Assembly (NCBI GenBank): GCA_040220235.1
Contig: JAVJTO010000088.1
Direction: 5' to 3' (one strand)
DNA from: Coleofasciculus sp. B1-GNL1-01
Lineage (GTDB): Bacteria > Cyanobacteriota > Cyanobacteriia > Cyanobacteriales > Coleofasciculaceae
DNA: 64,000 nucleotides
The notes below the pieces were generated by a model, which saw only the letters and a list, made by a program, of their open reading frames with translations, was not told the DNA's origin and ran no database searches. The translations under genes and the position numbers were made by a program. This document shows, in pieces, positions 54,091-64,000 of this stretch. Position 1 is the stretch's first letter. Every line of letters begins with the position of its first letter.

Positions 54091-56061
54091 ATGACAAACG
54101 ACAACACATTCATCGCCGATATTCTCATTGTTGACGACCAACCCCACAATATTAAATTTTTATCGGATTTCTTATCAGACTACAACTATCAAATCCGCAA
54201 AGCCATTAATGGTGAAATGGCATTAAATGCAGCTCGGCTGCTTCCCCCAGACTTAATTCTCCTGGATATCAATATGCCCGGATTAGATGGCTATGAAGTC
54301 TGTGAACAACTCAAAGCTGATCCGAAAACAAGTTCTATTCCAATTATTTTCCTGAGTGCGTTTTCGGATACTGAGACAAAGGTGCAGGCATTTCAGTATG
54401 GCGGTGTTGATTATATCACCAAACCCTTTCAATTTGAAGAAGTTTTAGCCAGAATCCAAACCCAATTAAACCTTAAACGCCTGCAAAGTGAACTCGAACA
54501 TCGCAATAAAAAGCTGGAAAAAACTGTAGACGTATTACAAAAAACTAAAACCGCTTTAACCACATCAGAAGCAGAACTTCGCACCTTATTCAACGCCATG
54601 ACTGAACTGGTGTTAGTTTTGGATTCCCAGGGGCGCTATCTAAAAATCGCCACACCCAACCATGAGTTGGTCTCTCAATCTCCCCAACTCGCCCAGGGAA
54701 ACACAGTCCATGAAAGTTTACCCCAATCCCAAGCCGATTTGTTACAAAGTACGATTCAAAACGTATTAGAACGCCAGGAAACGATTGAAATTGAATATAG
54801 TCTTCAGTTAGAAAACGGCAGAATAGACTTCTCTGCCAAGATTTCTCCTCTATCCCAGGATAGCGTTATAGCGGTGATGCGGGACATTAGCGATCGCAAA
54901 CGCCGTGAAGAAGCCTTACAATTAATTGTTGAGGGAACCGCCACCAAAACAGGGCGCGAGTTTTTCAACGCTTGTGTTCGCCAACTTGCCGAAATTTTGT
55001 CAGTTCGTTATGCGTTTGTTACCGAATGTCTAGATTTTAAACAAAAACGAGTCCGGACATTAGCCTTTTGGCTGGACGAGAAATTTGTCAAAAATATTGA
55101 ATATGACTTGCTGGGAACACCCTGTAAGGAAGTGATTCAAAATAACAAATATTATTGCTATTCTGACAATATTATCGCGAGTTTCCCTGATGATCAAGAC
55201 TTAGTGGACTTAAAAGCCGAAAGCTATGCGGGAATTCCTTTAACTGATTCCATGGGGAATGTCATTGGTCATATTGCTGTTCTAGACACTCAACCCATGC
55301 TCAAGGATGAAACCCGCGAATTGGTCTTAAAAATATTCGCCGCTAGAGCCGGAGCGGAATTAGAGCGTCAAATTACGGATATTGCCCTGAAAAAAAGTCA
55401 AGAGCGTTCTGAAGAATTATTACTGAATATTTTACCCGCTCCGATTGTTGAACGCCTGAAAAAAGAGAAAACAGCGATTGCCGAACAATTCGCTGATGTG
55501 ACGATTTTGTTTGCGGATATTGTCGGCTTTACCCCATTATCGACAAAGATAAACCCCACGGAAATGGTTGACTTACTCAATGAAATCTTCTCAATTTTTG
55601 ATCAATTAACTGAGCAACATGGGTTAGAAAAAATCAAAACCATTGGTGATGCGTATATGGTTGTCGGTGGATTACCCGTTCCCAAAGCCAATCATGCTCA
55701 AGCCGTAGCGCAAATGGCGCTAGATATGCGAGACGCGATCGCCCGTTTTCAAGAGAGCTATGGTGAACAGCTACAAATCCGCATTGGTGTAAACAGGGGT
55801 TCAGTTGTCGCAGGTGTGATTGGCACCAAGAAATTCATCTATGATTTATGGGGAGATGCGGTTAATGTTGCCTCTCGCATGGAATCATTAAGTTTACCGG
55901 GTAAAATTCAAGTCACTGAAGCAACCTATACCTGTTTAAAAGAGCAATATCGCTTTGAACAACGGGGGAAAATTGCCGTTAAAGGAAAAGGAGAAATGAT
56001 GACGTATTGGTTAGTCGAGTCATTAACGAAAAATCCTCCATTACCCAATCCAGTGGTTTGA
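54091..56061 (+). CDS. REC-PAS-GAF class III adenylate cyclase
   Basis: LLDINMP receiver; FADIVGFT, KIKTIGDAY, YDLWGDAVNVASRMES (K/D pair typical of ATP specificity). Confidence 0.92.
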   Translation: MTNDNTFIADILIVDDQPHNIKFLSDFLSDYNYQIRKAINGEMALNAARLLPPDLILLDINMPGLDGYEVCEQLKADPKTSSIPIIFLSAFSDTETKVQAFQYGGVDYITKPFQFEEVLARIQTQLNLKRLQSELEHRNKKLEKTVDVLQKTKTALTTSEAELRTLFNAMTELVLVLDSQGRYLKIATPNHELVSQSPQLAQGNTVHESLPQSQADLLQSTIQNVLERQETIEIEYSLQLENGRIDFSAKISPLSQDSVIAVMRDISDRKRREEALQLIVEGTATKTGREFFNACVRQLAEILSVRYAFVTECLDFKQKRVRTLAFWLDEKFVKNIEYDLLGTPCKEVIQNNKYYCYSDNIIASFPDDQDLVDLKAESYAGIPLTDSMGNVIGHIAVLDTQPMLKDETRELVLKIFAARAGAELERQITDIALKKSQERSEELLLNILPAPIVERLKKEKTAIAEQFADVTILFADIVGFTPLSTKINPTEMVDLLNEIFSIFDQLTEQHGLEKIKTIGDAYMVVGGLPVPKANHAQAVAQMALDMRDAIARFQESYGEQLQIRIGVNRGSVVAGVIGTKKFIYDLWGDAVNVASRMESLSLPGKIQVTEATYTCLKEQYRFEQRGKIAVKGKGEMMTYWLVESLTKNPPLPNPVV

Positions 56062-56391
56062 GCTGTAGGGACACAGCATTACCCATTTGTGTCAACTTCA
56101 GGTGAAAAGCACAACTGGCAAGTATTTCACCCTCATCCCCTAACCTCTTCTCCCATCAAGGGAGAAGGGGAACTATAGCAATCCTCAATAGGATGCAGCA
56201 AGTGTACGGCTTGAAATCCAGGTATAGCAAGGGTTTCAGTTTTGAAAATTGCCACAACCTAAATAGGATTGCTATATCACATAAAGACGCTTCCAAAGTA
56301 CCTTTGGAACACCGCTTGCTTCTTGCTCCCCTCTCCCCAGGGTGGGAGAGGGGCTGGGGGTGAGGGGTTGAGAATGGGCAATACCGTACCC

Positions 56392-58008
56392 TTACAATGC
56401 TCCTTTCACCTCTGGCGCTGTTGCCACTTGATAAACTAGGGTGACTTGACGTTTAGAGTAGGGCGCGAGGGTCAATTTCCAGGTACAAAATCCATCATTA
56501 TCGGGTTGAACTCCATTGGTTGTTTTTTTCGTCAAAACCTTGACCTTGACTTGCTCTAATTCTGACACTGGAACCCGCTCTGTTATTGTAATCTCTCTCG
56601 GTTCAGCGGCAATATTAGAGAGAAATAACTGGGTTTGCGTAATCACTCGTTTCCACTGGGTTAGATGGTCTTTTTCTTGTTTTTTCGTTTGGCTACGCTG
56701 CACCCGCATGGCTTCATCAGACCCCCATCCTAAGGCAAATTTTTCTCCGGGGGCGATGAATCCAATGGCAGTTTTGCCGACAAATTCGGATGAACGTACT
56801 AAGTCCACAGGTCCAGCTAGAATGGGACAGGTTGATGAATTAATTTGTTCGCTTTTGAGAACAACCTGACAGGAGACTTCTGGCATTAAGATATACTCAA
56901 TTTCAGCCTTAGACTCAAAGGAAAAAATTGGCACCCGATAGGGACGACCATCAGAGGGAATTGTTGCTTTTTGGCTAGGGCGAAGCGTCCGGACTTCGCC
57001 GCCATCATCAACACCAGGTAAGTTTACTGAATTAGTCGTTTCTCTCTGAGGAACTGTTCCACCTGCACCCAGTCCAGTGGTTTGAATTTGCTGATTTCGA
57101 GTTTCAACAATAATTTGTTTGGATTTTTCTTTGACATTTAATTTGTCATCGCTTAAAAGAGGGGGTTCAGTTCCTAGAGATGTGCGGGCGGTGGAAAAGA
57201 CTAAATCAACATTCGTCCAGTCTTCTCCTGTATTTTGCCAGACACACCCATCCATCCGAAATGATAGAGTAGCTGGTGATGAAGACCCATTAGTTGGGAC
57301 TAGCAGACGGGCTTGATGCCAAGGACGCCATAAGGCATTGGGAACAACGTAATCGAAGGTAATTTCATAGTCTCCAGCGTCAGAAATCATTAAATCGGAT
57401 TCAATTTTGGCGGTGTAAATTGTATCTGGACTGGATAGGGATTGGAGGTGAGTGGTTATGTCATCAATTTGCCGTCTGAGTTGTGCTTGATGTTCACCAC
57501 TGCTTAATATTTCTGTCCGTAATTCACGGAGTTGTTTAAACAGGGTTTGCAATTGTTCCCGCCAGGTTTTGGGGTCAATTTGTCCCCAAACGGCATCAAT
57601 GGGTAATTCTTGTAAGGCTTTGGTTAAGATGGTATTGACTTGTTTAAAGCAATACTTCTGATGTTGAGAGTCTTCTGAAACTATGGCGAGGTGATGCTGG
57701 TGCGATCGCAACTCGTTATGCAAGGGCTGAATGTCTTCGGGTCGTTCTTCGTCTTTGACGATTATCTGGCGACGAACGCGGACATCATTGATTTTGGCGT
57801 TGTTATAGTTTTCTGCAAATTCTGCCCGCAGGGATTTATCGGAAAGTACGGGGGCGACATTTTCTACAGTGATGCGCCATAATCCTGATGTTAGGTTGGC
57901 TTTGCCACGGCGTTGCACTAAGGCGCGGTCTTCGAGTAGGGTAACGAGGGTGACGGGTGCGTCGAGGGTTAAGGATTGAATGTCTTGTTGGGGTGTAATT
58001 GATGGCAT
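56392..58008 (-). CDS. DUF4140/DUF4139 (MuiA-like) protein
   Basis: VTLLEDRALV N-terminus, WQNTGEDWTNVDLVFSTA, ITERVPVS. Confidence 0.85.
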   Translation of the reverse strand: MPSITPQQDIQSLTLDAPVTLVTLLEDRALVQRRGKANLTSGLWRITVENVAPVLSDKSLRAEFAENYNNAKINDVRVRRQIIVKDEERPEDIQPLHNELRSHQHHLAIVSEDSQHQKYCFKQVNTILTKALQELPIDAVWGQIDPKTWREQLQTLFKQLRELRTEILSSGEHQAQLRRQIDDITTHLQSLSSPDTIYTAKIESDLMISDAGDYEITFDYVVPNALWRPWHQARLLVPTNGSSSPATLSFRMDGCVWQNTGEDWTNVDLVFSTARTSLGTEPPLLSDDKLNVKEKSKQIIVETRNQQIQTTGLGAGGTVPQRETTNSVNLPGVDDGGEVRTLRPSQKATIPSDGRPYRVPIFSFESKAEIEYILMPEVSCQVVLKSEQINSSTCPILAGPVDLVRSSEFVGKTAIGFIAPGEKFALGWGSDEAMRVQRSQTKKQEKDHLTQWKRVITQTQLFLSNIAAEPREITITERVPVSELEQVKVKVLTKKTTNGVQPDNDGFCTWKLTLAPYSKRQVTLVYQVATAPEVKGAL

Positions 58009-58205
58009 AATTGACCTCGGTGAGTTATAGGGTAATGTCGGAAGTTTTTTGGGCTGTTTAATGGGGGAATCTATGGATAATTTTTCAACGCAGAGGTACG
58101 CAGAGGTTTTCGCAGAGGGGCGCAGAGGGGGTTAAATGATGGGGATGCATAAGATTTAACACTTAATACTTAACCCCATCGCCAGATTTATTTAGCTGCG
58201 CCTAA

Positions 58206-61169
58206 CTATTCCCGTCGATTTCCACCGATTACTTCACTATCGGCGTAGGTTTTAATTGTGTACTGTGCTGATAATTTTGCCTGTTGTTGACCGGGTATTT
58301 TTATCCGCCAGCGATAGCCGCCTTGAATGGGTTTTCCGCGTTCTTCTTGTTCGTATTTATGCCATTGCGGGGAAACTTTACCAAGTTCTACATCAACTTT
58401 TTCTCCTTCCTGGGGGACGGGAATCCGTTCTCGAATTTCAATCCGTGCTTCGTTGGCTAAACGGTTAGCAATATCAATTTTAAGGTGGTGACGGAGTTCG
58501 TTGAATGCGACTAATAAATGACTGGAACGTTTTTCCTGATACGTCGTGTTTCGAGCCACTTTTATTCCTTGTTCGACGCCTAAACCTAATTCAACTTGTC
58601 CCTTGGCGGGTACGGTTGGTAATGTCGTAGATAAAATATACTCTCCATCAACATAAACATCAGCTGAACCACTTAAAAGTGGGGCATCTAGGGGATTACA
58701 AAGTTGAACAATTCGGAAAACATTTGTATCTTCACGGGGAACGACAACATAGCGCAGGTTGACATCGGTACTTTGGCTAGTTAGTGCTACGGAATGAAAT
58801 TGTCCATCTGACGGAACATCCACCCGTCCATCAGCAGAGTAAGCATAATCAAAGGAACCTGCGGCGTCACGTACTGATATTCCACCAAATGGTAATGGGG
58901 TAGACAGACATTGTTGGGAAGTTGATATAGCCTGGTTGACGATTTCTAGGACATTAAAATTTACCACAAATTGCTGTTGCTTGAGGATTGCTAGATAAAC
59001 ATCCTGCTGGTTTTGACGTAGTAATTTCCCTCGCTTATTGGGGTCATCTGCGCCGGGAAGTCGCATCAGATTGTAAGTCATTAGGTCATTGTTAATCCAC
59101 CCAGTTGAGAAACCAAAGGCTGTTTTTTGTACCCTAATATAAATATTTTCCCCATACCTAGCCGGGATGATTTCGACGAATAAATCAACCATACGTCCCT
59201 GAAATAGACGCTGAAACTGACCACTTTGCAATAGACATTTGTTGATGTCTAAATCTGCCATGATTTTGACACGATTAGCTACGGCATTTTTAATCTTTCT
59301 TGGTAAGGGCTCGAAGGCTGGCCGCAGTACGCCATCTTTACGGAAGCGAACATATAAAAATGGATCATGGGGTTCGATGTGAATGTCAGAGACTCCCTCT
59401 TGGAGGGCTTTGGCGAGGATGCGATTCACCAAGTTAATCACCGGGGCATCACCCGCGTCATTCAAGGCTTCGCCTAAGTCGCATTCTGTTTCTTCTGGTG
59501 CATTGGACAGGGTGTCAAGATTCTCCAGATCCTTACTGATGCCTATATGCTTGGCAGCTTCCTGTTCCTTCTCTTGTGCCAACTTTTGATCCCGATATTG
59601 ATTAATCAGATGCTGATAATCTTCCTGGGTAATAACCATCCGCCGTAGTCCAATTCCTTGAGGGCGGAGAATCCGGTTGAGATCATCTTGGGCATCCAGA
59701 TTATCCGGATCAACCATTGCCACCAGAACGAATGGGGGTTGACCATCATTTTTGAATAACGGGACTAAACGATAACGACTACAGATTTCAAGGGGAATGA
59801 GGCTTTCAATTAGTTCCTTGACTTGGTGCCCGGAAATTTCACTAAGTTCTGGATCAAGAGATTCAACACCATAAATTGTTTTGAGTTCAAACAGTTGCTG
59901 TTTCTTGTAATGGCGGATTAAGTCGGGTGACAACTGACGCCCGGTAATTGATTCAATAATATCGGTCAGAGGTCGTCCTGACTTACGGCTTTCTATCCGC
60001 GCTTGTTCTATCTGCTGTTTATCAGCATAATCTAACTGTAATAATCGATTGTAGAATGAACTTTTGATTCTACTCGCTGGTTGTGTAAAGGCTCTTGGTG
60101 TTGAGGTTCTATTCTTTTGTAGATTTTCTCTTACAGTCTGTTTACCTCCTAAGTTGAACTCTTGTACTGATGACACATCAATTGAAGATGATTCCAGGTT
60201 TTGGAACTGTTCAGATACCGTGACTAACTGCGGCTTCTGGCGGTCATAATCGGCAAACAGCATTGTTGCACCAACGGGAGGTAAACGCCAACCGGATTTT
60301 CTAGGGACAGGCTGAGTACGCCCTAATCGCAGTGAGGGTAATTCTGGTAACTCACACCACGTCATTGGGTTAGCTGTTGAGAGTTCCAAGCGAACCCCAG
60401 ACCAATCTTCTCCTGTACGCTGACACAAAAAAGCCCGAACTGCGATCGCGGCGGTATTCGTGCTACTCTCTAAACGGCATAAATAGGTGGGTGTCCAGCG
60501 TGCGCCAGGAACGAAATACTCGACAATTAACTGTTGCTGGGAAACTGTCACCTGTGCCGGATAACTTAAGCTGATAATCACCGTTTTCCTCAATTCGTGG
60601 GGTTTCACCTGTTGGGCAGTTGACGCCAGTTTCTGTTTGTGTAATAACTCGTCTAAGTGGGTTTTTGCCTCCTTTAAGCTGTTTTGGGTTTCCCGTCGTT
60701 CCTGAATGCGACTACGGATTTGCTCATCTTGAAAATTTGCGATCGCTAATCGGGCGGCTAGGGGTGAAGGGGGGGGTGCTTTTCCGGGTTCTGCTTTCGG
60801 TTGATTGGGTACATGAAGCTTTTTCAGGACAGAGATTTCGTTATCAATTAGGGCAATCGTCTCTTGAATTCGCCTTACTTCGGCTTTGGCTTGGCGCAGT
60901 TGTTCCTCAGCGGGGGAGTTGGGGAGTTCTGGGTGAGAAGGAACCGCAAGACTGATGCGAATATCGGTAGGAATCACCAAATTGGCATTTCCCTCAACTT
61001 GTACTCGCACACTGCTATCATCTAGCGCCAGGGGAAGTCCTGAAATTTCGACTTGTTCTGGCGTTTCTCCATTCTCTAGGTGCAAATCGGCGATACGGCT
61101 AACGGTTGCACCAGCCGCATAGACTTTTACCTTGTCTATTTTCGAGGCGAGTTGGATGATGTTCGGCAT
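58206..61169 (-). CDS. DUF4140/DUF4139 protein with internal PilB N-terminal insert
   Basis: CQRTGEDWSGVRLELSTA, IRERIP; insert contains APVINLVNRILAKALQEGVSDIHIEP...RFRKDGVL. Confidence 0.88.
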   Translation of the reverse strand: MPNIIQLASKIDKVKVYAAGATVSRIADLHLENGETPEQVEISGLPLALDDSSVRVQVEGNANLVIPTDIRISLAVPSHPELPNSPAEEQLRQAKAEVRRIQETIALIDNEISVLKKLHVPNQPKAEPGKAPPPSPLAARLAIANFQDEQIRSRIQERRETQNSLKEAKTHLDELLHKQKLASTAQQVKPHELRKTVIISLSYPAQVTVSQQQLIVEYFVPGARWTPTYLCRLESSTNTAAIAVRAFLCQRTGEDWSGVRLELSTANPMTWCELPELPSLRLGRTQPVPRKSGWRLPPVGATMLFADYDRQKPQLVTVSEQFQNLESSSIDVSSVQEFNLGGKQTVRENLQKNRTSTPRAFTQPASRIKSSFYNRLLQLDYADKQQIEQARIESRKSGRPLTDIIESITGRQLSPDLIRHYKKQQLFELKTIYGVESLDPELSEISGHQVKELIESLIPLEICSRYRLVPLFKNDGQPPFVLVAMVDPDNLDAQDDLNRILRPQGIGLRRMVITQEDYQHLINQYRDQKLAQEKEQEAAKHIGISKDLENLDTLSNAPEETECDLGEALNDAGDAPVINLVNRILAKALQEGVSDIHIEPHDPFLYVRFRKDGVLRPAFEPLPRKIKNAVANRVKIMADLDINKCLLQSGQFQRLFQGRMVDLFVEIIPARYGENIYIRVQKTAFGFSTGWINNDLMTYNLMRLPGADDPNKRGKLLRQNQQDVYLAILKQQQFVVNFNVLEIVNQAISTSQQCLSTPLPFGGISVRDAAGSFDYAYSADGRVDVPSDGQFHSVALTSQSTDVNLRYVVVPREDTNVFRIVQLCNPLDAPLLSGSADVYVDGEYILSTTLPTVPAKGQVELGLGVEQGIKVARNTTYQEKRSSHLLVAFNELRHHLKIDIANRLANEARIEIRERIPVPQEGEKVDVELGKVSPQWHKYEQEERGKPIQGGYRWRIKIPGQQQAKLSAQYTIKTYADSEVIGGNRRE

Positions 61170-61237
61170 CGGATTATCCTATGGCTGATCCCAGGTACAT
61201 TGTTCTATATCTCTGGGTGATTACCAGGATATGCACT

Positions 61238-61367
61238 TAAGTAGGTGGACATAATTAACGTGAACGGTGAAGATCGTCATTCGTCATTCGTCATTCGTCA
61301 TTTGTAAGGGTTTGAGGATTGTTTACAAAATTTCATACAGTGCCGTTTTCTTTTGTCCGACTACTTA
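61238..61367. mobile_element. TA-flanked MITE
   Basis: TAAGTAGGTGGACA...TGTCCGACTACTTA. Confidence 0.75.
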
Positions 61368-61443
61368 GCTTAGTTGGTAGTCAGCACGAAGAGTGCTATA
61401 AGATTTAGCTGGAGAGGGCTGAGGTTCCCTCACTACGGACGAA

Positions 61444-63627
61444 CTATTCTCGTCGATTCCCACCGATTACTTCACTATCGGCGTAGGTTTTAATGGTGTA
61501 CTGTGCTGATAATTTTGCCTGTTGTTGACTGGGTACTTGTATCCGCCAGCAATATCCACCTTGAATAGGTTGTCCGCGTTCTTCTTGTTCGTATTTATGC
61601 CATTGCGGGGAAACTTGACCAAGTTCTACATCAACTTTTTCTCCTTCCTGGGGTACAGGAATCCGTTCTCGGATCTCAATCCGTGCTTCGTTGGCTAAAC
61701 GATTAGCAATGTCAATTGTAAGGTGGTGATGGAGTTCGTTGAATGCGACTAATAACTGACTGGAACGCACCTCCCGATACGTCGTGTTTCGAGCGACTTT
61801 TATCCCTTGCTCGACGCCTAAACCCAATTCAACTTGTCCCTTGGCGGGTACGGTGGGTAATGTCGTGGATAAGATATACTCACCATCAACATAAACATCA
61901 GCTGAACCGCTTAGAAGTGGGGCGTCTAAAGGATTGCAAAGTTGGGCGATTCGGAAGACATTGGTATCTTCACGGGGAACGACAATATAGCGCAGGTTGA
62001 CATCGGTACTTTGGCTAGTTAGTGCTACGGAATGAAATTGTCCATCTGACGGAACATCCACCCGTCCATCGGCAAGATAAGCATAATCAAAGGAACCTGC
62101 GGCGTCACGTACTGATATCCCACCAGGCGGTAATGGGGTAGACAAACATTGGTGGGATTTTGATATAGCCTGCTTGACGATTTCTAGAACATTGAAGGTT
62201 ACCACAAACTGCTGTTGCTTAAAGAGTTCTAGATAGACTTGCTGCTGGTTTTGAAGCAGTAATTTCCCTCGCTTATCGGGGTCATCTGCGCCGGGAAGTC
62301 GCATTAAATTGTAAGTCAGGTTCACCAAGTTAATCACCGGGTTACTGCTAGCTTTATTCAAGGTTTCACCTAAGTTGCAGTCTGTTTCTTCCAGTAAATT
62401 ATAGAGAGTTTTATCTAAGTCGCATTCTGTTTCTTCGGGTTCATCAGACAGGGAACGTTCAAGGTCAGCAAACTCGTCTCCTGATTCATCGGACAGGTTA
62501 TGAAACTCCATAGCCTTATCGGCATTGGACAGGAGGCATTCAAGCTCCATATCCAGATCGTCTTGTGCTTTCTTCTGTGTCAGTTTTTGATCCCGATGTT
62601 GATTAATCAGATTCAGTTCCAGATTGTAGGATGAACTGTTGAGTGTACTCGCTGGTTGTGTAAAGGCTCTTTGTCCAGTGACCACCTGCGGCTTCTGACG
62701 GTCATAATCGGCAAACAGCATTGTTGCACCAAGGGGAGGTAAACGCCAACCGGATTTTCTAGGGATAGGCTGGGTACGTCCTAACCGCAGTGAGGGTAAT
62801 TCTGGTAACTCACACCACGTCATCGGGTTAGCTGTTGATAGTTCTAAGCGAACTCCAGACCAATCTTCTCCTGTGCGCTGACACAAAAAAGCCCGAACCG
62901 CGATCGCGGCGGTATTTGTGCTACTCTCTAAACGGCATAAATAGGTGGGTGTCCAGCGTGCGCCAGGAACGAAATACTCGACAATTAACCGTTGCGGGGA
63001 AACTGTCACCTCCCCCGGATAACTTAAGCTGATAATCACCATTTTCCGCAATTCGTGCGGTTTCACCTGTTGGGCGGTTGACGCCAGTTTCTGTTTGTGT
63101 AATAACTCGTCTAAGTGGGTGTTTGCTTCCTTTAAGCTGTTCTGGATTTCCCGTCGTTCCTGAATACGGCTACGAATTTGTTCATCTTGAAAATTCGCGA
63201 TCGCTAATCGGGCGGCTAGGGGTGAAGGGGGTGGTGCTTTTCCCGGTTCTGCTTTCGGTTGATTGGGTACATGAAGCTGTTTTAGCACAGAGATTTCGTT
63301 ATCAATTAGGGCAATCGTCTCTTGAATGCGCCTTACTTCGGCTTCGGCTTGGCGCAGTTGTTCCTCAGCAGGGGAGTTGGGGAGTTCTGGGTGAGAAGGA
63401 ACCGCAAGACTGATGCGAATATCGGTAGGAATCACCAGATTGGCATTTCCCTCAACTTGCACTCGCACACTGCTATCATCTAGCGCCAGGGGAAGTCCCG
63501 AAATTTCTATTTGTTCTGGCGTTTCTCCATTCTCTAGGTGCAAGTCGGCGATACGGCTAACGGTTGCACCAGCCGCATAGACTTTAACTTTGTCTATTTT
63601 CGAGGCAAGTTGGGTGATGTTCGGCAT
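61444..63627 (-). CDS. DUF4140/DUF4139 paralog with short acidic central region
   Basis: N- and C-terminal blocks nearly identical to 58206-61169. Confidence 0.88.
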   Translation of the reverse strand: MPNITQLASKIDKVKVYAAGATVSRIADLHLENGETPEQIEISGLPLALDDSSVRVQVEGNANLVIPTDIRISLAVPSHPELPNSPAEEQLRQAEAEVRRIQETIALIDNEISVLKQLHVPNQPKAEPGKAPPPSPLAARLAIANFQDEQIRSRIQERREIQNSLKEANTHLDELLHKQKLASTAQQVKPHELRKMVIISLSYPGEVTVSPQRLIVEYFVPGARWTPTYLCRLESSTNTAAIAVRAFLCQRTGEDWSGVRLELSTANPMTWCELPELPSLRLGRTQPIPRKSGWRLPPLGATMLFADYDRQKPQVVTGQRAFTQPASTLNSSSYNLELNLINQHRDQKLTQKKAQDDLDMELECLLSNADKAMEFHNLSDESGDEFADLERSLSDEPEETECDLDKTLYNLLEETDCNLGETLNKASSNPVINLVNLTYNLMRLPGADDPDKRGKLLLQNQQQVYLELFKQQQFVVTFNVLEIVKQAISKSHQCLSTPLPPGGISVRDAAGSFDYAYLADGRVDVPSDGQFHSVALTSQSTDVNLRYIVVPREDTNVFRIAQLCNPLDAPLLSGSADVYVDGEYILSTTLPTVPAKGQVELGLGVEQGIKVARNTTYREVRSSQLLVAFNELHHHLTIDIANRLANEARIEIRERIPVPQEGEKVDVELGQVSPQWHKYEQEERGQPIQGGYCWRIQVPSQQQAKLSAQYTIKTYADSEVIGGNRRE

Positions 63628-64000
63628 CGGATTATCCTATGGCTGATCCCAGGTACATTGTTCTATATCTCTGGGTGATTACCGGGATATGCACTTATAG
63701 CGCTAGGCAATAGGCAATAGGCAATGGGCAATAGTGAAGAAAAAAGCTTACCCTCCAAGGGATTGAGTCATGTTGTTCTACGTAGGGTGGGCATTGCCCA
63801 CCTACCCCTAAGTAGGGCTTGCTGCATAAGTGTGTAAGGTAGACTAGATAGGGGTTTCCAGCCATTTTCCGACCCAACAAGTGCAAGGTTTTTACACTAT
63901 AACCGTCTTGCATCCTGGAATTTTTGCCGACCTCAGCGCCGAATTCTCCCTCGACAGAGGGTTGAAACCATTGCAAGAAAAATCAGGTAATATCCGGAAA

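Noticed and set aside
58206..61169. Calling this gene pilB
   Set aside because: No Walker A/B ATPase domain; the PilB part is an internal insert in a DUF4139 scaffold
63695..64000. 93-aa ORF / possible IS end at window edge
   Set aside because: Made of STRR, REP and MITE-like pieces; no transposase motif visible
1..64000. tRNA, rRNA, riboswitch or NtcA sites
   Set aside because: None recognised by eye with adequate support; a covariance-model search would be needed

Overview
Chromosomal window from a filamentous cyanobacterium. This is inferred from dense HIP1 GCGATCGC octamers, heptamer STRR microsatellites, GTAG-type REP-like palindromes and TA-flanked MITEs; the repeat style suggests Coleofasciculus/Oscillatoriales. 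Housekeeping blocks are mfd (5' part), rsgA, pilD, purC-bamA-lpxC-fabZ-lpxA-lpxB and coxBAC. Accessory content includes two tnpB-only IS200/IS605 elements, each sitting in a host gene that has also lost an internal segment. It also holds an orphan TnpB omega-RNA-like right end, a persulfide dioxygenase/rhodanese pair, two ethylene-binding-domain kinases (one broken, one intact next to an adenylate cyclase), duplicated TPR genes, an NB-ARC NLR-like gene, a 1.5 kaa coiled-coil repeat protein and three DUF4140/DUF4139 genes. The most striking unexplained structure is a 3.5-copy ~257-bp tandem array (19867-20765) right after an orphan dndE. Every copy carries its own TTGACG-N17-TACTAT promoter firing toward dndE, an invariant 37-bp core and a leaderless 7-codon ORF (MGKCADL). 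Also notable is a DUF4139 protein with the N-terminal half of PilB inserted in frame. All calls come from reading the sequence and ORF track; no database searches were run.
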